From an uncultured archaeon (GTDB taxonomy: Archaea; Asgardarchaeota; Lokiarchaeia; Sigyniarchaeales; SOKP01), in NCBI GenBank assembly GCA_964493715.1, contig CAZBPC010000010.1:278-64277 (forward strand): a stretch of DNA of 64,000 nucleotides. The letters are read 5' to 3'. The notes under the pieces were generated by a model. The model saw only the letters and a program-made list of their open reading frames with translations, did no database searches and had not been told where the DNA came from. The position numbers were made by a program, and so were the translations under genes. Numbering within the stretch: the stretch's first letter is position 1; the number at the start of each line of letters is the position of its first letter. Positions 39,924 through 49,219 of the stretch are shown piece by piece.

Positions 39924-41432
39924 CTATCGATTTTTTTTACGATATTCTGAATATTCGTATAGAATTTTTAGACATTTAGGTGGAGCATCCCACAAATCAA
40001 AAATGGGAATATTATAGGAAAGAAATTTTTGAAACCAAGAATATCGATACGGAAAGGGACCACTAAAATAAACAGGAATGGAGTACTTTTTCATTAGGAG
40101 CTTAATTGGCTTGATAATTGTTCGATCTAACATGAGACCCAGATTTTTCACGTTCTCGTCAACTTCCATTCCTGAATTTTCAATGGTTTCTATTACATCA
40201 TCAAAATCAAAAACGCCCCAAATAATTATCGCGTCAATTTCACCCGATTTCATTAACAATTTTGGAAATTTATAAAATATATTTAAAAAATTTACATCAA
40301 AAGTAACATCAATAGGATTATTAGCACTTGCTGTAAATGGTATTAACTCTGAAAACTCGTTCTTTAGCGACTTAGAAAATTCGGGGACCTCTAATCCATA
40401 CAATTCAGACGATTTCGCCATCATGGAACCAGACCCACCAGAATCCGTTATGATTCCTATTCGATTTCCTTTCATAAATATGTTATACTTCTGAGCAAAA
40501 GACAAAGTCCTTAAGTAATATAAGAAGTCTGTTATGGAATTAGTAGGGATTATTCCAGTCTCTTTGAAAACTGCGTCATAGATCCTTTGATTGCCAGCTA
40601 ATGAACCCGTATGACTCTTGATCGCTCTCTCTGCTGCTTTAGTTCCTCCAGTATATATGGCGACTATTGGTTTATTTGGTGTGATTTCTTTAGCCAATTT
40701 AATGAACTCTTTTCCCCTCTTTATCTCTTCTATATAAAGTCCGATTGCACCTGTTTGAGGATCATCCCTGAAATATTCTAAAATATCTACCATGTCAATA
40801 TTTCTTTCGTTGCCTACAGAAAGAGATTTACTAATCCTAACACCCATCTCTTTAGCATGCCAGAAAGTTTGGGCAGCGATAGTTCCTGATTGACTTATAA
40901 TCGAAATATTTCCTCGTTCAGGTATGGCATAAGGCCAAAAAGTGTTAAAATAAGCTTTTTTTTTCTCAGGAAATCCATACCATCCATTATATATTCCAAG
41001 ACAGTTAGGACCGACAAATCTCATATTGAATTTTTTTGAAATATCGTCTATTTTCGCGGATAATTCTAATCCATCTTTTCCGATTTCTCTAAATCCACCA
41101 GAAGTTATTACGAGGTTTTTAATTCCTTTTTCACCACATTCTATCATAACTTGAGGAACTGCTTTTGTAGGTAATATAAGAAATGCAAGATCAGGAGTGA
41201 CAGGAAGATCTAGTACTGATTTATAGGCTTTAAAGCCTTGAATTTTATCTAATCGTGGATGAACTGGATAAATATCAGTAATTCCCCCTCCCGCAATGAT
41301 ATTTCGAAGTTGCATCGAACCCATCGTAGTCAGCAAGTTGTTATTAGCCCCAAATACAGCTATACTTTTCGGGTTTAAAAGAGAATAAAGGAAATGATCT
41401 TTAAATGGTTCCATCTTATTAATTTCTGTCAA
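39924..41432 (-). CDS. ADP-forming acyl-CoA synthetase family protein, alpha-type domains only (CoA-binding/CoA-ligase)
   Basis: SIAVFGANNN, VGPNCLGI, ISQSGTIAA and KSHTGSLAG (phospho-His loop). No ATP-grasp domain in this ORF or its neighbours. Confidence 0.75.
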   Translation of the reverse strand: MTEINKMEPFKDHFLYSLLNPKSIAVFGANNNLLTTMGSMQLRNIIAGGGITDIYPVHPRLDKIQGFKAYKSVLDLPVTPDLAFLILPTKAVPQVMIECGEKGIKNLVITSGGFREIGKDGLELSAKIDDISKKFNMRFVGPNCLGIYNGWYGFPEKKKAYFNTFWPYAIPERGNISIISQSGTIAAQTFWHAKEMGVRISKSLSVGNERNIDMVDILEYFRDDPQTGAIGLYIEEIKRGKEFIKLAKEITPNKPIVAIYTGGTKAAERAIKSHTGSLAGNQRIYDAVFKETGIIPTNSITDFLYYLRTLSFAQKYNIFMKGNRIGIITDSGGSGSMMAKSSELYGLEVPEFSKSLKNEFSELIPFTASANNPIDVTFDVNFLNIFYKFPKLLMKSGEIDAIIIWGVFDFDDVIETIENSGMEVDENVKNLGLMLDRTIIKPIKLLMKKYSIPVYFSGPFPYRYSWFQKFLSYNIPIFDLWDAPPKCLKILYEYSEYRKKNR

Positions 41433-41623
41433 AATTAGACAACAATGTGAGGTTTTTCAATATAAATAATTAATTTTGGTAATTTAACTTAAAATATAGA
41501 TTTTTCATAAAAGCTAATAACCAACTATCACATAAATTAGAAGGATTTTTTTCTCAGCATTTTTCTTAACTTAAAAAGTTTAAATAGAAAGAGATTATTA
41601 TTAATTAAAAAAAGGAATGAAAA

Positions 41624-42490
41624 ATGCACGTAATTGCCTATTTTGGAATAATTCTCTTAATTTTCTTACGTTTAGTAGGTTTATTTATCGCTGTTGAATT
41701 TCTAAGGGTTCTTAAAGAATCCAAATTTAAACTTTTGATAATAGGATGGTTAATTTGGACACTAGCAGGATTTTCCGCACTACTTTTAGGGGTTGTAGAA
41801 AATAGCCTTTTAGCTAGCATTTTTCATCTTGTTAATGGTATCTCCACTTCATTATCAATTATATTCGTTATGATGGGCTTATTTACTTATTTCAGGGAAC
41901 TTTCGGTAAAAATGCTAGTAATTTTAAGTATTTTATTCATATCAATCCCTTTGATTGCATTCCTCTTTGGACTTTATTCTTTCGCTTATAATTTATCTTC
42001 TCTATCCCTTTTCTTGATTGTAATTTTTTTCAGTATAATACCGTTAAAAAACAGAGAGGATTTTAAAAATCGCATATCAAATAAATCATATTATTGGTAT
42101 TTAATTGTATTATTGACTTTTTATTCAATTACTATAAGTATGATTATTTTCTATTTCCAAGGGTATTCTTTTGGATTTTATTCCGAAGATTTTAGTATCG
42201 CAATGTTTTTTGACTACTTTTTAGGTTGTATAAGTACAATTGCTCTCATTATTTATTCTATTCATTTAGAATATGATATCTTAAACATTCAAAAATCTAT
42301 GTTGACAGATAAGTATTCACACGATTTGGGAAATATTATTCAAGTTATCTATAGTGCTACCGAATTGATTAAATTAAATGATGATTTAAATGATGAAAAA
42401 ATTAAAAATAAGTCTGAGAATTTAAATTTAATTCATAACAAATGTGAAGAAGCCGCAAAAATAATCAAAGATATCAGAGAAAACCAATAA
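41624..42490 (+). CDS. Membrane sensor with an H-box/DHp-like segment but no ATPase domain
   Basis: About 7 TM segments, then KYSHDLGNIIQVIYSATELIKL (H-box-like). The ORF ends after about 60 more residues with no N/G boxes. Confidence 0.55.
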   Translation: MHVIAYFGIILLIFLRLVGLFIAVEFLRVLKESKFKLLIIGWLIWTLAGFSALLLGVVENSLLASIFHLVNGISTSLSIIFVMMGLFTYFRELSVKMLVILSILFISIPLIAFLFGLYSFAYNLSSLSLFLIVIFFSIIPLKNREDFKNRISNKSYYWYLIVLLTFYSITISMIIFYFQGYSFGFYSEDFSIAMFFDYFLGCISTIALIIYSIHLEYDILNIQKSMLTDKYSHDLGNIIQVIYSATELIKLNDDLNDEKIKNKSENLNLIHNKCEEAAKIIKDIRENQ

Positions 42491-42507
42491 ATCTAAGATG
42501 ATTAAAG

Positions 42508-42873
42508 ATGGCTACAATTTTTCTTGTTGGCGATGATTTAGACATAATGACTCTCTTTGATAAGATGCTAACAAATTTAGGTCACAAAATTGTAGCCATA
42601 GCTTATAATGGTGAAGAAGCAGTTGATTTATTTCGTGAATTTCGAGAATTACCTGATCTCATATTGATGGATCACCGGATGCCAAAAAAAGATGGTATAA
42701 CAGCAGCGCAAGTAATTTTAAAATTAAATGAAAATAGTAAAATTCTTTTCTTAAGCGCCGATTATACCATAAAGGAAGAAGCTTTAGCTTTAGGAGCAAA
42801 AGACTTTATAGAAAAGCCAATCAATTTTGATAAACTCTTAAATATTATTGAAAAAATTATTTCAGAAAAATAA
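42508..42873 (+). CDS. Single-domain response regulator (CheY-like receiver)
   Basis: LVGDD acidic pocket, phospho-acceptor context DLILMDHRMPKKDG, LSA and conserved Lys in EKP. Confidence 0.85.
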   Translation: MATIFLVGDDLDIMTLFDKMLTNLGHKIVAIAYNGEEAVDLFREFRELPDLILMDHRMPKKDGITAAQVILKLNENSKILFLSADYTIKEEALALGAKDFIEKPINFDKLLNIIEKIISEK

Positions 42874-42880
42874 TTTAATT

Positions 42881-43093
42881 TTAAGAGATTATATAAAGTT
42901 TTATTTCCGCGGAGTAACTTGGGATTACTCCCTCATAACTAACAATTTGTTTTTCCTTTAAGTTTTTCAAGATAGGCATAACTCCTTCAAATTTTTCTTT
43001 AAATTAAGTTTGTAATTCCTTATAATTAAGTTCGGCTCCGTTTTCTCTCAATTCATCAATTATAAATTTTTCTTCTACTGAAAGTTCAACCAT
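42881..43093 (-). pseudogene. Small wHTH-like ORF interrupted by one in-frame TAA
   Basis: My own translation: MVELSVEEKFIIDELRENGAELNYKELQT, then TAA (43004-43006), then FKEKFEGVMPILKNLKEKQIVSYEGVIPSYSAEIKLYIIS. The sequence reads as one wHTH-like unit across the stop. Confidence 0.4.
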
Positions 43094-43134
43094 AATATTA
43101 AGGACAAATTCCAAGCATCTAAGTTCAAAATTAA

Positions 43135-43653
43135 TTATTTTTTTCCCGTCGAGCCAAATCCACCTAATCCTCTTTCAGAATCCTTCAATTCACTGACTTC
43201 GAGGACATCATACTGATGCATTTTAGATAAAATAATCTGGCAGATTCGATCTCCTTTATGTAGAACCACGTCTTTATTGGATAGATTAACGACAATAGCC
43301 ATCCATTCATTTCTATATCCAGAATCAATCGTACCCGGACTATTAACGATGCTTAATCCTTCCCACAATGCTAACCCGCTTCTTGGAACAACTTTAAAAT
43401 AATAGTTTTCAGGAATTGCGGTCGCAAATCCCAAAGGGCAGCCAATTCGCTCCAAAGGTTTAAGAATGTAGGAATCATCATCTAAATCGATTAATTTTTT
43501 CTCATTATCTGTTTTAATTATTCTTTTAAATCCCATTATACGAACATCAGCTCCAGCATCTCCATACTTGGAAGGATGCGGGATAATTGTGCCCTCTCTT
43601 ACCATTTTGAAAGGAATAACAAGTTTTTCAGATTGTTTTTGATCCTTCTCCAT
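43135..43653 (-). CDS. dut: dUTP diphosphatase (trimeric dUTPase family)
   Basis: GDAGADV, PRSGLAL, GTIDSGYRNE and C-terminal RGLGGFGSTG motifs. Confidence 0.85.
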   Translation of the reverse strand: MEKDQKQSEKLVIPFKMVREGTIIPHPSKYGDAGADVRIMGFKRIIKTDNEKKLIDLDDDSYILKPLERIGCPLGFATAIPENYYFKVVPRSGLALWEGLSIVNSPGTIDSGYRNEWMAIVVNLSNKDVVLHKGDRICQIILSKMHQYDVLEVSELKDSERGLGGFGSTGKK

Positions 43654-43809
43654 ATTTAATCAAGCTTTTAATATCGCTAATTTTAAAAAAGATTTGTTAT
43701 TAAAGATTAATTAAATTATGGGGAGAAAAAGATTATAAAATCATAAAGCATTTTAGAATCATAGTTTTTTAATTAAAAAAGTTCTAAGTTTGAATAGTGT
43801 GGATATAAC

Positions 43810-44265
43810 ATGCTTATAATTGACAGATATGATCCTCGATTAGATAAGGATGACTTAAAGGAAATTTTTGAAGATTTCATTGAAAATAAATCATATTTCT
43901 TTTCTCATTGGGAGAAATTTGAAACGGAGTTGAATCGACGGGTATTGGATCTCCAATATCGAAATTCGATGATTGTGGCAAAAGAAGGGGGAAAAATTGT
44001 TGGATGGGGAACCTATACGAAATTTCGAGATTATTTAGGTAATGATCGAGTAATTATACATCAAGTTATGACAAAGAAAGATGATTCATATAAAAAGGGA
44101 ATCGAGGAAAAAATCTTGCGTGAATTACAATTATATGTTAAGAAAACTGTTAAACTTGATAAAGTATATTATGTTTGTCCCGATTCTGATGGGGCTTTAC
44201 GGAGTATATTCATGAAATTAGGCGTGAAAAAGTCTAAGTTTGTATGGTATGAACGAGATTTTTAA
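43810..44265 (+). CDS. Possible GNAT-family acetyltransferase
   Basis: 151 aa. IVGWGTY beta-strand and a YKKGIEEKILREL segment resembling GNAT motif A. Weak. Confidence 0.35.
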   Translation: MLIIDRYDPRLDKDDLKEIFEDFIENKSYFFSHWEKFETELNRRVLDLQYRNSMIVAKEGGKIVGWGTYTKFRDYLGNDRVIIHQVMTKKDDSYKKGIEEKILRELQLYVKKTVKLDKVYYVCPDSDGALRSIFMKLGVKKSKFVWYERDF

Positions 44266-44295
44266 TCAAAATAAATTAATAAAGAACATAAAAAC

Positions 44296-45033
44296 TTGGA
44301 AAATATCAAGGACGTTTTCCTTAAAGTAGAAAAATTTAAGAAAAACGAAAATTTTGAAGCAGCAATAGAAATTTTAGAAAAATCATATGAAAGATTCCCC
44401 AATTCAGCAGAGGTTAAGAAGGAGCTTTTAAAAATCCTTTTTGAATTTGGAATTTACTTAAGTGATGAATTTAATTCACGATTTGAAGAATCTATAAATC
44501 AGTTTAAACGCTTAATTGAAATTGATCAAAATAATTATCGCGCACATTATAATCTTGGAATAGCTTATTTTAATATTGGTTTGTTTGAAGACGCTTTAAA
44601 AGCTTACAATAAAGCACTTGAAATAAAACCAGATTATGCATATTGCTATTATAATATCGGTTTGATTTATGAAGTCAGAAATGATTTAAAAAGAGCTTTA
44701 GAATATCACCAAAACGCTTTAAAAGCTGACCCCCAATTTAGATATGCTCTGCAAGCAGTTAAAGATATCAGAGAGCAATTAGATGAACACGCAGATTTTG
44801 AAGAAAACCCTGAAACATTAAATGAAAGATTAGAACAGTTAAAATCGTTATTTAAGATTTCAAAACGCGTTAAAATAGATTTAATTCAAGAAATTCTGAA
44901 ATTGTCAAAGTCAGAATTAATTGACCTGATGATAACTTGGGGGGAGAAATACCAATTTGTATTAGATGGTGAATATTTAGAAATCAATAAAGAGCACCTA
45001 TCTCCATTCTTAGATAATCTTGATCATATATAA
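44296..45033 (+). CDS. Tetratricopeptide-repeat protein
   Basis: Consecutive TPR units (AHYNLGIAYFNIGLFEDALKAYNKALEIKPDYAYCYYNIGLIYEVRNDLKRALEYHQNALKADP). TTG start. Confidence 0.8.
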   Translation: MENIKDVFLKVEKFKKNENFEAAIEILEKSYERFPNSAEVKKELLKILFEFGIYLSDEFNSRFEESINQFKRLIEIDQNNYRAHYNLGIAYFNIGLFEDALKAYNKALEIKPDYAYCYYNIGLIYEVRNDLKRALEYHQNALKADPQFRYALQAVKDIREQLDEHADFEENPETLNERLEQLKSLFKISKRVKIDLIQEILKLSKSELIDLMITWGEKYQFVLDGEYLEINKEHLSPFLDNLDHI

Positions 45034-45083
45034 CTGAATTTATAATCTCAACTAAATTTCCATTAAGTTTTTACATTAGTTTT

Positions 45084-45127
45084 TGTTCTAAAAAGTCCAA
45101 GATTCACACCTTTTATTTGTGACTAAT
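45084..45127. repeat. 44-nt direct repeat, copy A (39/44 identical to copy B)
   Basis: TGTTCTAAAAAGTCCAAGATTCACACCTTTTATTTGTGACTAAT compared by eye with 45971-46014. Confidence 0.7.
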
Positions 45128-45405
45128 CTGAAAAGTTTGGCGTAAGCAAAGGTTTTAGAAAAAATCAATAAAATTTTAAACGTGAATATCCTCTCCATTA
45201 TTTATATAATAGGTAGAAATTCAGGTAGATTTACATTAAAAAAAATGAAAATGTCATCGAGAAATCCGAAATTGCCAAAAAATTAATCGATTATGATGAA
45301 AAAATTTTATGGCAAGGTAATCCTGAAGGGAGGCGTTCAAAAAAAGATACTTATTACATCTCGAATAAGCGTATATTTTCGATAATTCCTGGTTATAACA
45401 CTATA

Positions 45406-45801
45406 ATGCATTCTTTTGATTATAGAATTGCTCAATATTTCGTGTCTGATATAGAATATTTCTTTATTATAGTGAAGAAAAAAGGAACTCCTATTATTTA
45501 TGATCTAATTTTCAAAACGCATCCCATCCAAAAGGAACATCATCTTAAAATGCTTGTTAATTGCAATGTAAATAAAGCTTTACCTTTCGATGATGAGTTC
45601 TATATAACCTTTATACTTGATAATGGTCGAGGTTGGGATTACAATAAGTACATTCCATTTGAATATTTAATACATATGGAAAGTATTACGGATATTGAAG
45701 ATATATCAATAGTGATTCGTGATACACTAGGTATAAAAGAAGATCCTTCACCTATGAATAATAAAAAGCTAGAAAGATTGGATTTTCATACATGGTATTA
45801 A
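45406..45801 (+). CDS. Hypothetical protein; the reading frame is open 5' to 45229 and encodes a bPH-like N-terminus without an ATG
   Basis: The upstream in-frame sequence IAKKLIDYDEKILWQGNPEGRRSKKDTYYISNKRIF looks coding. The only nearby ATG (45245) is out of frame. An A-run sits at 45236-45244. Confidence 0.45.
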   Translation: MHSFDYRIAQYFVSDIEYFFIIVKKKGTPIIYDLIFKTHPIQKEHHLKMLVNCNVNKALPFDDEFYITFILDNGRGWDYNKYIPFEYLIHMESITDIEDISIVIRDTLGIKEDPSPMNNKKLERLDFHTWY

Positions 45802-45860
45802 TCATAACTTCTTCTCTTATTAGTTGTGATGTATCTTAATATGTAATTAATGGTTAATAG

Positions 45861-45884
45861 AATGCTTTTTCTAAAAAAAGCATT
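45861..45884. terminator. 10-bp hairpin AATGCTTTTT-CTAA-AAAAAGCATT between convergent genes
   Basis: Perfect stem read directly, followed by a T-rich run on the plus strand. It overlaps the stop of the small minus-strand peptide ORF by 2 nt (45883-45884). Confidence 0.35.
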
Positions 45885-45987
45885 AACTTTTTATCAGCTT
45901 ATTGTGAATGATACATGCTCCAAGCAATATGATAAGAAATATAACGCCACCAATAATATATGCCGAATACTGTTCTAAAAAGTCCAT
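45883..45987 (-). CDS. Possible 34-aa single-TM peptide
   Basis: My own translation: MDFLEQYSAYIIGGVIFLIILLGACIIHNKLIKS. Its first codons and upstream region form repeat copy B. Confidence 0.3.
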   Translation of the reverse strand: MDFLEQYSAYIIGGVIFLIILLGACIIHNKLIKS

Positions 45988-46014
45988 GAATCACACCATT
46001 TATTTATGACGAAT
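45971..46014. repeat. 44-nt direct repeat, copy B
   Basis: TGTTCTAAAAAGTCCATGAATCACACCATTTATTTATGACGAAT. It covers the start codon (minus strand) and upstream region of the small peptide ORF. Confidence 0.7.
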
Positions 46015-46112
46015 ATAGATAACCTTCGCTTTTAAATTAAATCTTATAATATCTTAACTTTTCCAAAATTATAACAAAAGAAAATAAAAAAAAATATGGG
46101 ATATAAAGAGGA

Positions 46113-46319
46113 TTAGCGTTCAATCTGAAAATTAACTTGCATCCTCACGCGATAGATTAGTTTATTCTGGTCTTCCTTAACCTTCACGTCGCTTTCTATA
46201 ATTTGTATATTTCTAATACCTCTCAAGGTTTTTTTAGCCTCATCAAAGCCCACGCGTACGGCATCGGCCCAATTCTGTTCTGATGTGGCTACAAGCTGAA
46301 TTGATTTGTATACTGTCAT
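46113..46319 (-). CDS. Dodecin-family flavin-binding protein
   Basis: 68 aa. VYKSIQLVATSEQNWADAVRVGFDEAKKTLRGIRNIQIIESDVKV...YRVRMQVNFQIE matches the dodecin pattern and size. Confidence 0.8.
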   Translation of the reverse strand: MTVYKSIQLVATSEQNWADAVRVGFDEAKKTLRGIRNIQIIESDVKVKEDQNKLIYRVRMQVNFQIER

Positions 46320-46541
46320 GGTAATTTCCTTTTCCTATAATTGTATATTTTTTTATTGAATTGAATTAGGTAAGTAATTGTTGTTATATTTTACTATATA
46401 AATATTACGCAGATAAATCATTTATTTACAATAATTTGGGAGTTATTGGTGCTTAAATATGCAATAATTATTGTTAAGAAATTAAAAAGAATTAAAAAAA
46501 GAAATTGAGAAGGTTTAATCCAATTACTAGTAATTTATTAA

Positions 46542-47867
46542 TTAAACGTTTGGATTTTCTAATAAAATAGCGACTCCTTGACCTCCTCCGATACAAGCAT
46601 TCGCAATTCCATATTTACCATTCTTATCATTCATGATACGTGCAAGTGTACCAGTGAGTCTTACCATAGTCGATCCTAAAGGATGACCAATCGCGGTTGA
46701 ACCACCCATAATATTTACTTTATTTTCAGGAATGTTAAAATGTTTCATGCAGTTTAAAGCGACGATGCAAAAGGCTTCATTTATTTCCCAGAAGTCAATC
46801 TCATCTGCGGATAATCCTGCATGTTTTAGAGCCATTTCTGATGCAGGAACGGGTCCTCTACCCATAACTGAAGGATCTACACCGGCCCAACCAAGAGATT
46901 TGACAATTGCCATCGGTTTTATACCGCGTTTTTCAGCTTCTTTTGCTTCCATTAAAACGGCTGAAGTAGCACCGGCATTTAGTGGTGATGAATTTCCAGC
47001 AGTAATTACTCCTTCTGATTGTCTTTCTTCAAATCCTGGTTTTCCACTTTCTCGCTCTCGATAGCCAACTTTACCACCAATGTCTTCACCTCTAATATTT
47101 TCTTTCAAATAGAAAGGTTTAGATAACCGTCTTAAAGTAGCAACTCGATCTAATGAGGACTTACGAGGAGCTTGGTCTTTATCAATCATAACTTTTTCTT
47201 CTTCATTTCCTTCAACATGACCTTCAATTGGTATAATTTCTCCTTTAAACCATCCTGCTTCAGTATTATCTACTGCTAAATTATGACTTCGAACTCCAAA
47301 TTTATCTAAATCTTCTTTAGTAAAATGAGGGGTTTCTTGTTCATATAACTTTTGAGCAGTTTGGAGCATGTTAATTGTAGTCATGATATCATACTGAGGA
47401 CGATAATACTTATCTTTTTTATTTATCATTCCTAAGTATGGACGAGTCCAATCATTTTGCATTGGGATTCTGGTCATATGTTCAACACCCGTAGCTAATC
47501 CAATCTTTGAATAACCTGTCATTATTTCCATAGCTATAAATTGAAATCCTGCTCCAGCAGAACCGCATTGTTTGTCAACGAAAAATGCTGAAGTTTTATT
47601 GGGAAAATCTGCCATGAATAATGGAAGTCTACCACCATAAGTCCAACATTCCCAAACGCCCATTGCAGTGCCTACAGACACCTCATCAATATCATCTTTG
47701 GTAATTCCCTTATCTGCTAATCGTCCATCAAAAAATTTCATTAAAAGTTGAGCAAGTAGCTCATCGCCTCTCTGATCCCCGAAAACATCTCTTTCCGGTT
47801 CTTTAGGGCGAGATCTAGAAAACGCAGTTCTTGCATAATCAACTAACCATACTTCTTTAGTTTCCAT
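46542..47867 (-). CDS. Thiolase-family acetyl-CoA C-acyltransferase
   Basis: Active-site Cys context VDKQCGSAG, GHPLGST and C-terminal NACIGGGQGVAILLE. Confidence 0.85.
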   Translation of the reverse strand: METKEVWLVDYARTAFSRSRPKEPERDVFGDQRGDELLAQLLMKFFDGRLADKGITKDDIDEVSVGTAMGVWECWTYGGRLPLFMADFPNKTSAFFVDKQCGSAGAGFQFIAMEIMTGYSKIGLATGVEHMTRIPMQNDWTRPYLGMINKKDKYYRPQYDIMTTINMLQTAQKLYEQETPHFTKEDLDKFGVRSHNLAVDNTEAGWFKGEIIPIEGHVEGNEEEKVMIDKDQAPRKSSLDRVATLRRLSKPFYLKENIRGEDIGGKVGYRERESGKPGFEERQSEGVITAGNSSPLNAGATSAVLMEAKEAEKRGIKPMAIVKSLGWAGVDPSVMGRGPVPASEMALKHAGLSADEIDFWEINEAFCIVALNCMKHFNIPENKVNIMGGSTAIGHPLGSTMVRLTGTLARIMNDKNGKYGIANACIGGGQGVAILLENPNV

Positions 47868-48082
47868 AATTATTTTTACCTCAAGTAACGTTTGAATTAA
47901 TTTTTAATTGATAGTATATAAAACTTTTTAATAGTATATTAAACTTTTTGATAGTTTGGTTTAACTAGATTGATTATACAATTTTTCATATTGATATCCT
48001 TTATTGTTTAAATTGATAATTAATTTTGAATTTATCAAAAATTAGTAGAATTATTTTTATTATTGGTAATTTTAAATACAAT

Positions 48083-48493
48083 ATGTCTGGAAAAATTGAT
48101 GTTCCCTTAGTATCCATTATCGCTGGCAGTACATCAGATAAGGAGATATATGAGAAAGCAGAGGAAGTTTTCAAAGAAAATGGAATTAGATATGATTTTC
48201 AAGTGATTTCGGCTCACCGAGATCCAGAAAAATTAGATGAATATATAAGATCATCACCATCTAAAATATATATTGCTGTAGTTGGATTATCAGCGGCTTT
48301 ACCTGGCGTTATTGCATCTAAAACTGATAAACCTGTCATTGGAGTGCCAGTAAGTACAAAATTGGGAGGATTAGATGCTTTATTATCAATTGTACAAATG
48401 CCTCCTAAGATTCCAGTTGCTTGTGTTGGTATTGATAGGGGTGAGAACGCTGCTTATTTGGCTATCAGAATTCTCAACTTGTTAAAAAAATGA
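48083..48493 (+). CDS. purE: PurE (AIR carboxylase / N5-CAIR mutase family)
   Basis: [21 protein letters not shown] and [23 protein letters not shown] motifs. Start placed at ATG 48083 (the ORF track opens at 48026). Confidence 0.85.
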   Translation: MSGKIDVPLVSIIAGSTSDKEIYEKAEEVFKENGIRYDFQVISAHRDPEKLDEYIRSSPSKIYIAVVGLSAALPGVIASKTDKPVIGVPVSTKLGGLDALLSIVQMPPKIPVACVGIDRGENAAYLAIRILNLLKK

Positions 48494-48500
48494 AATCCTG

Positions 48501-49214
48501 GTGAACCATATGATTGAAGATCCAATTGAAATAGGTAAGAAAAACGCTGCATTTAAAGCAGTCGAGGAAAACGTCAAAAAAGGAATGATTTTGGGAATTG
48601 GAAGTGGCTCTACAGTTGTATATGCTGTCATAAAAATAGCGGAGATTAATAAGGCTGACGATTTGAACGTGAAGTGCATCCCAACTTCTTTTCAGGCTCA
48701 TCAATTAATAATAGAAAATGGACTTCCTCTCGTTACTTTGGATCAGTATCCAGAAGTTGACTTAGATATTGATGGTGCTGATGAAATTGATAAAGCATTA
48801 AATTTAATCAAAGGAGGAGGAGGATGTTTAGTTCAGGAGAAAATTGTAGCTTCTTCATCAAAAAGATTAGTAATTATAGCGGATTATCGTAAAAAGTCAG
48901 AAAAATTAGGAGAAAATTGGAACAAGGGAGTACCAGTCGAAGTCATTCCTTTTGGATATGTCCCCATTTTGAAAAAGTTAGAAAAGTTAGAAGGTAGACC
49001 GAAACTAAGGATGGCTCAAGCAAAAGCAGGACCCTTGGTTACCGATAATGGAAATTTTATTATTGATGTTGATTTTGGTGCTATTGATAATCCATCTGAT
49101 ATTAATTTGAAGATTTTACAAATTCCTGGCGTTGTTGATACAGGTTTTTTCATAGGAATGACCTATAAAGCTTACATAGGACAAAAAGATGGAAAAGTTA
49201 TTGTTTTAAATTAA
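48501..49214 (+). CDS. rpiA: Ribose-5-phosphate isomerase A
   Basis: [19 protein letters not shown] and [16 protein letters not shown] motifs. ATG 48510 is an alternative to the GTG start. Confidence 0.9.
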   Translation: MNHMIEDPIEIGKKNAAFKAVEENVKKGMILGIGSGSTVVYAVIKIAEINKADDLNVKCIPTSFQAHQLIIENGLPLVTLDQYPEVDLDIDGADEIDKALNLIKGGGGCLVQEKIVASSSKRLVIIADYRKKSEKLGENWNKGVPVEVIPFGYVPILKKLEKLEGRPKLRMAQAKAGPLVTDNGNFIIDVDFGAIDNPSDINLKILQIPGVVDTGFFIGMTYKAYIGQKDGKVIVLN

Positions 49215-49219
49215 ATATA

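Noticed and set aside
42911-42931. Hairpin GGAGTAA-CTTGGGA-TTACTCC resembling a tRNA anticodon arm
   Set aside because: No acceptor, D or T arms flank it. It lies inside the interrupted wHTH reading frame. It may at most act as a terminator for the receiver gene.
2775-43006. Idea that TAA is recoded as a sense codon, prompted by two genes with in-frame TAA
   Set aside because: TAA terminates many motif-supported genes at the expected protein ends in this window (e.g. 5645..7384, 7509..8996, 9000..10343, 13149..14429). Genome-wide reassignment is therefore not tenable. Local nonsense mutations or errors are more likely.
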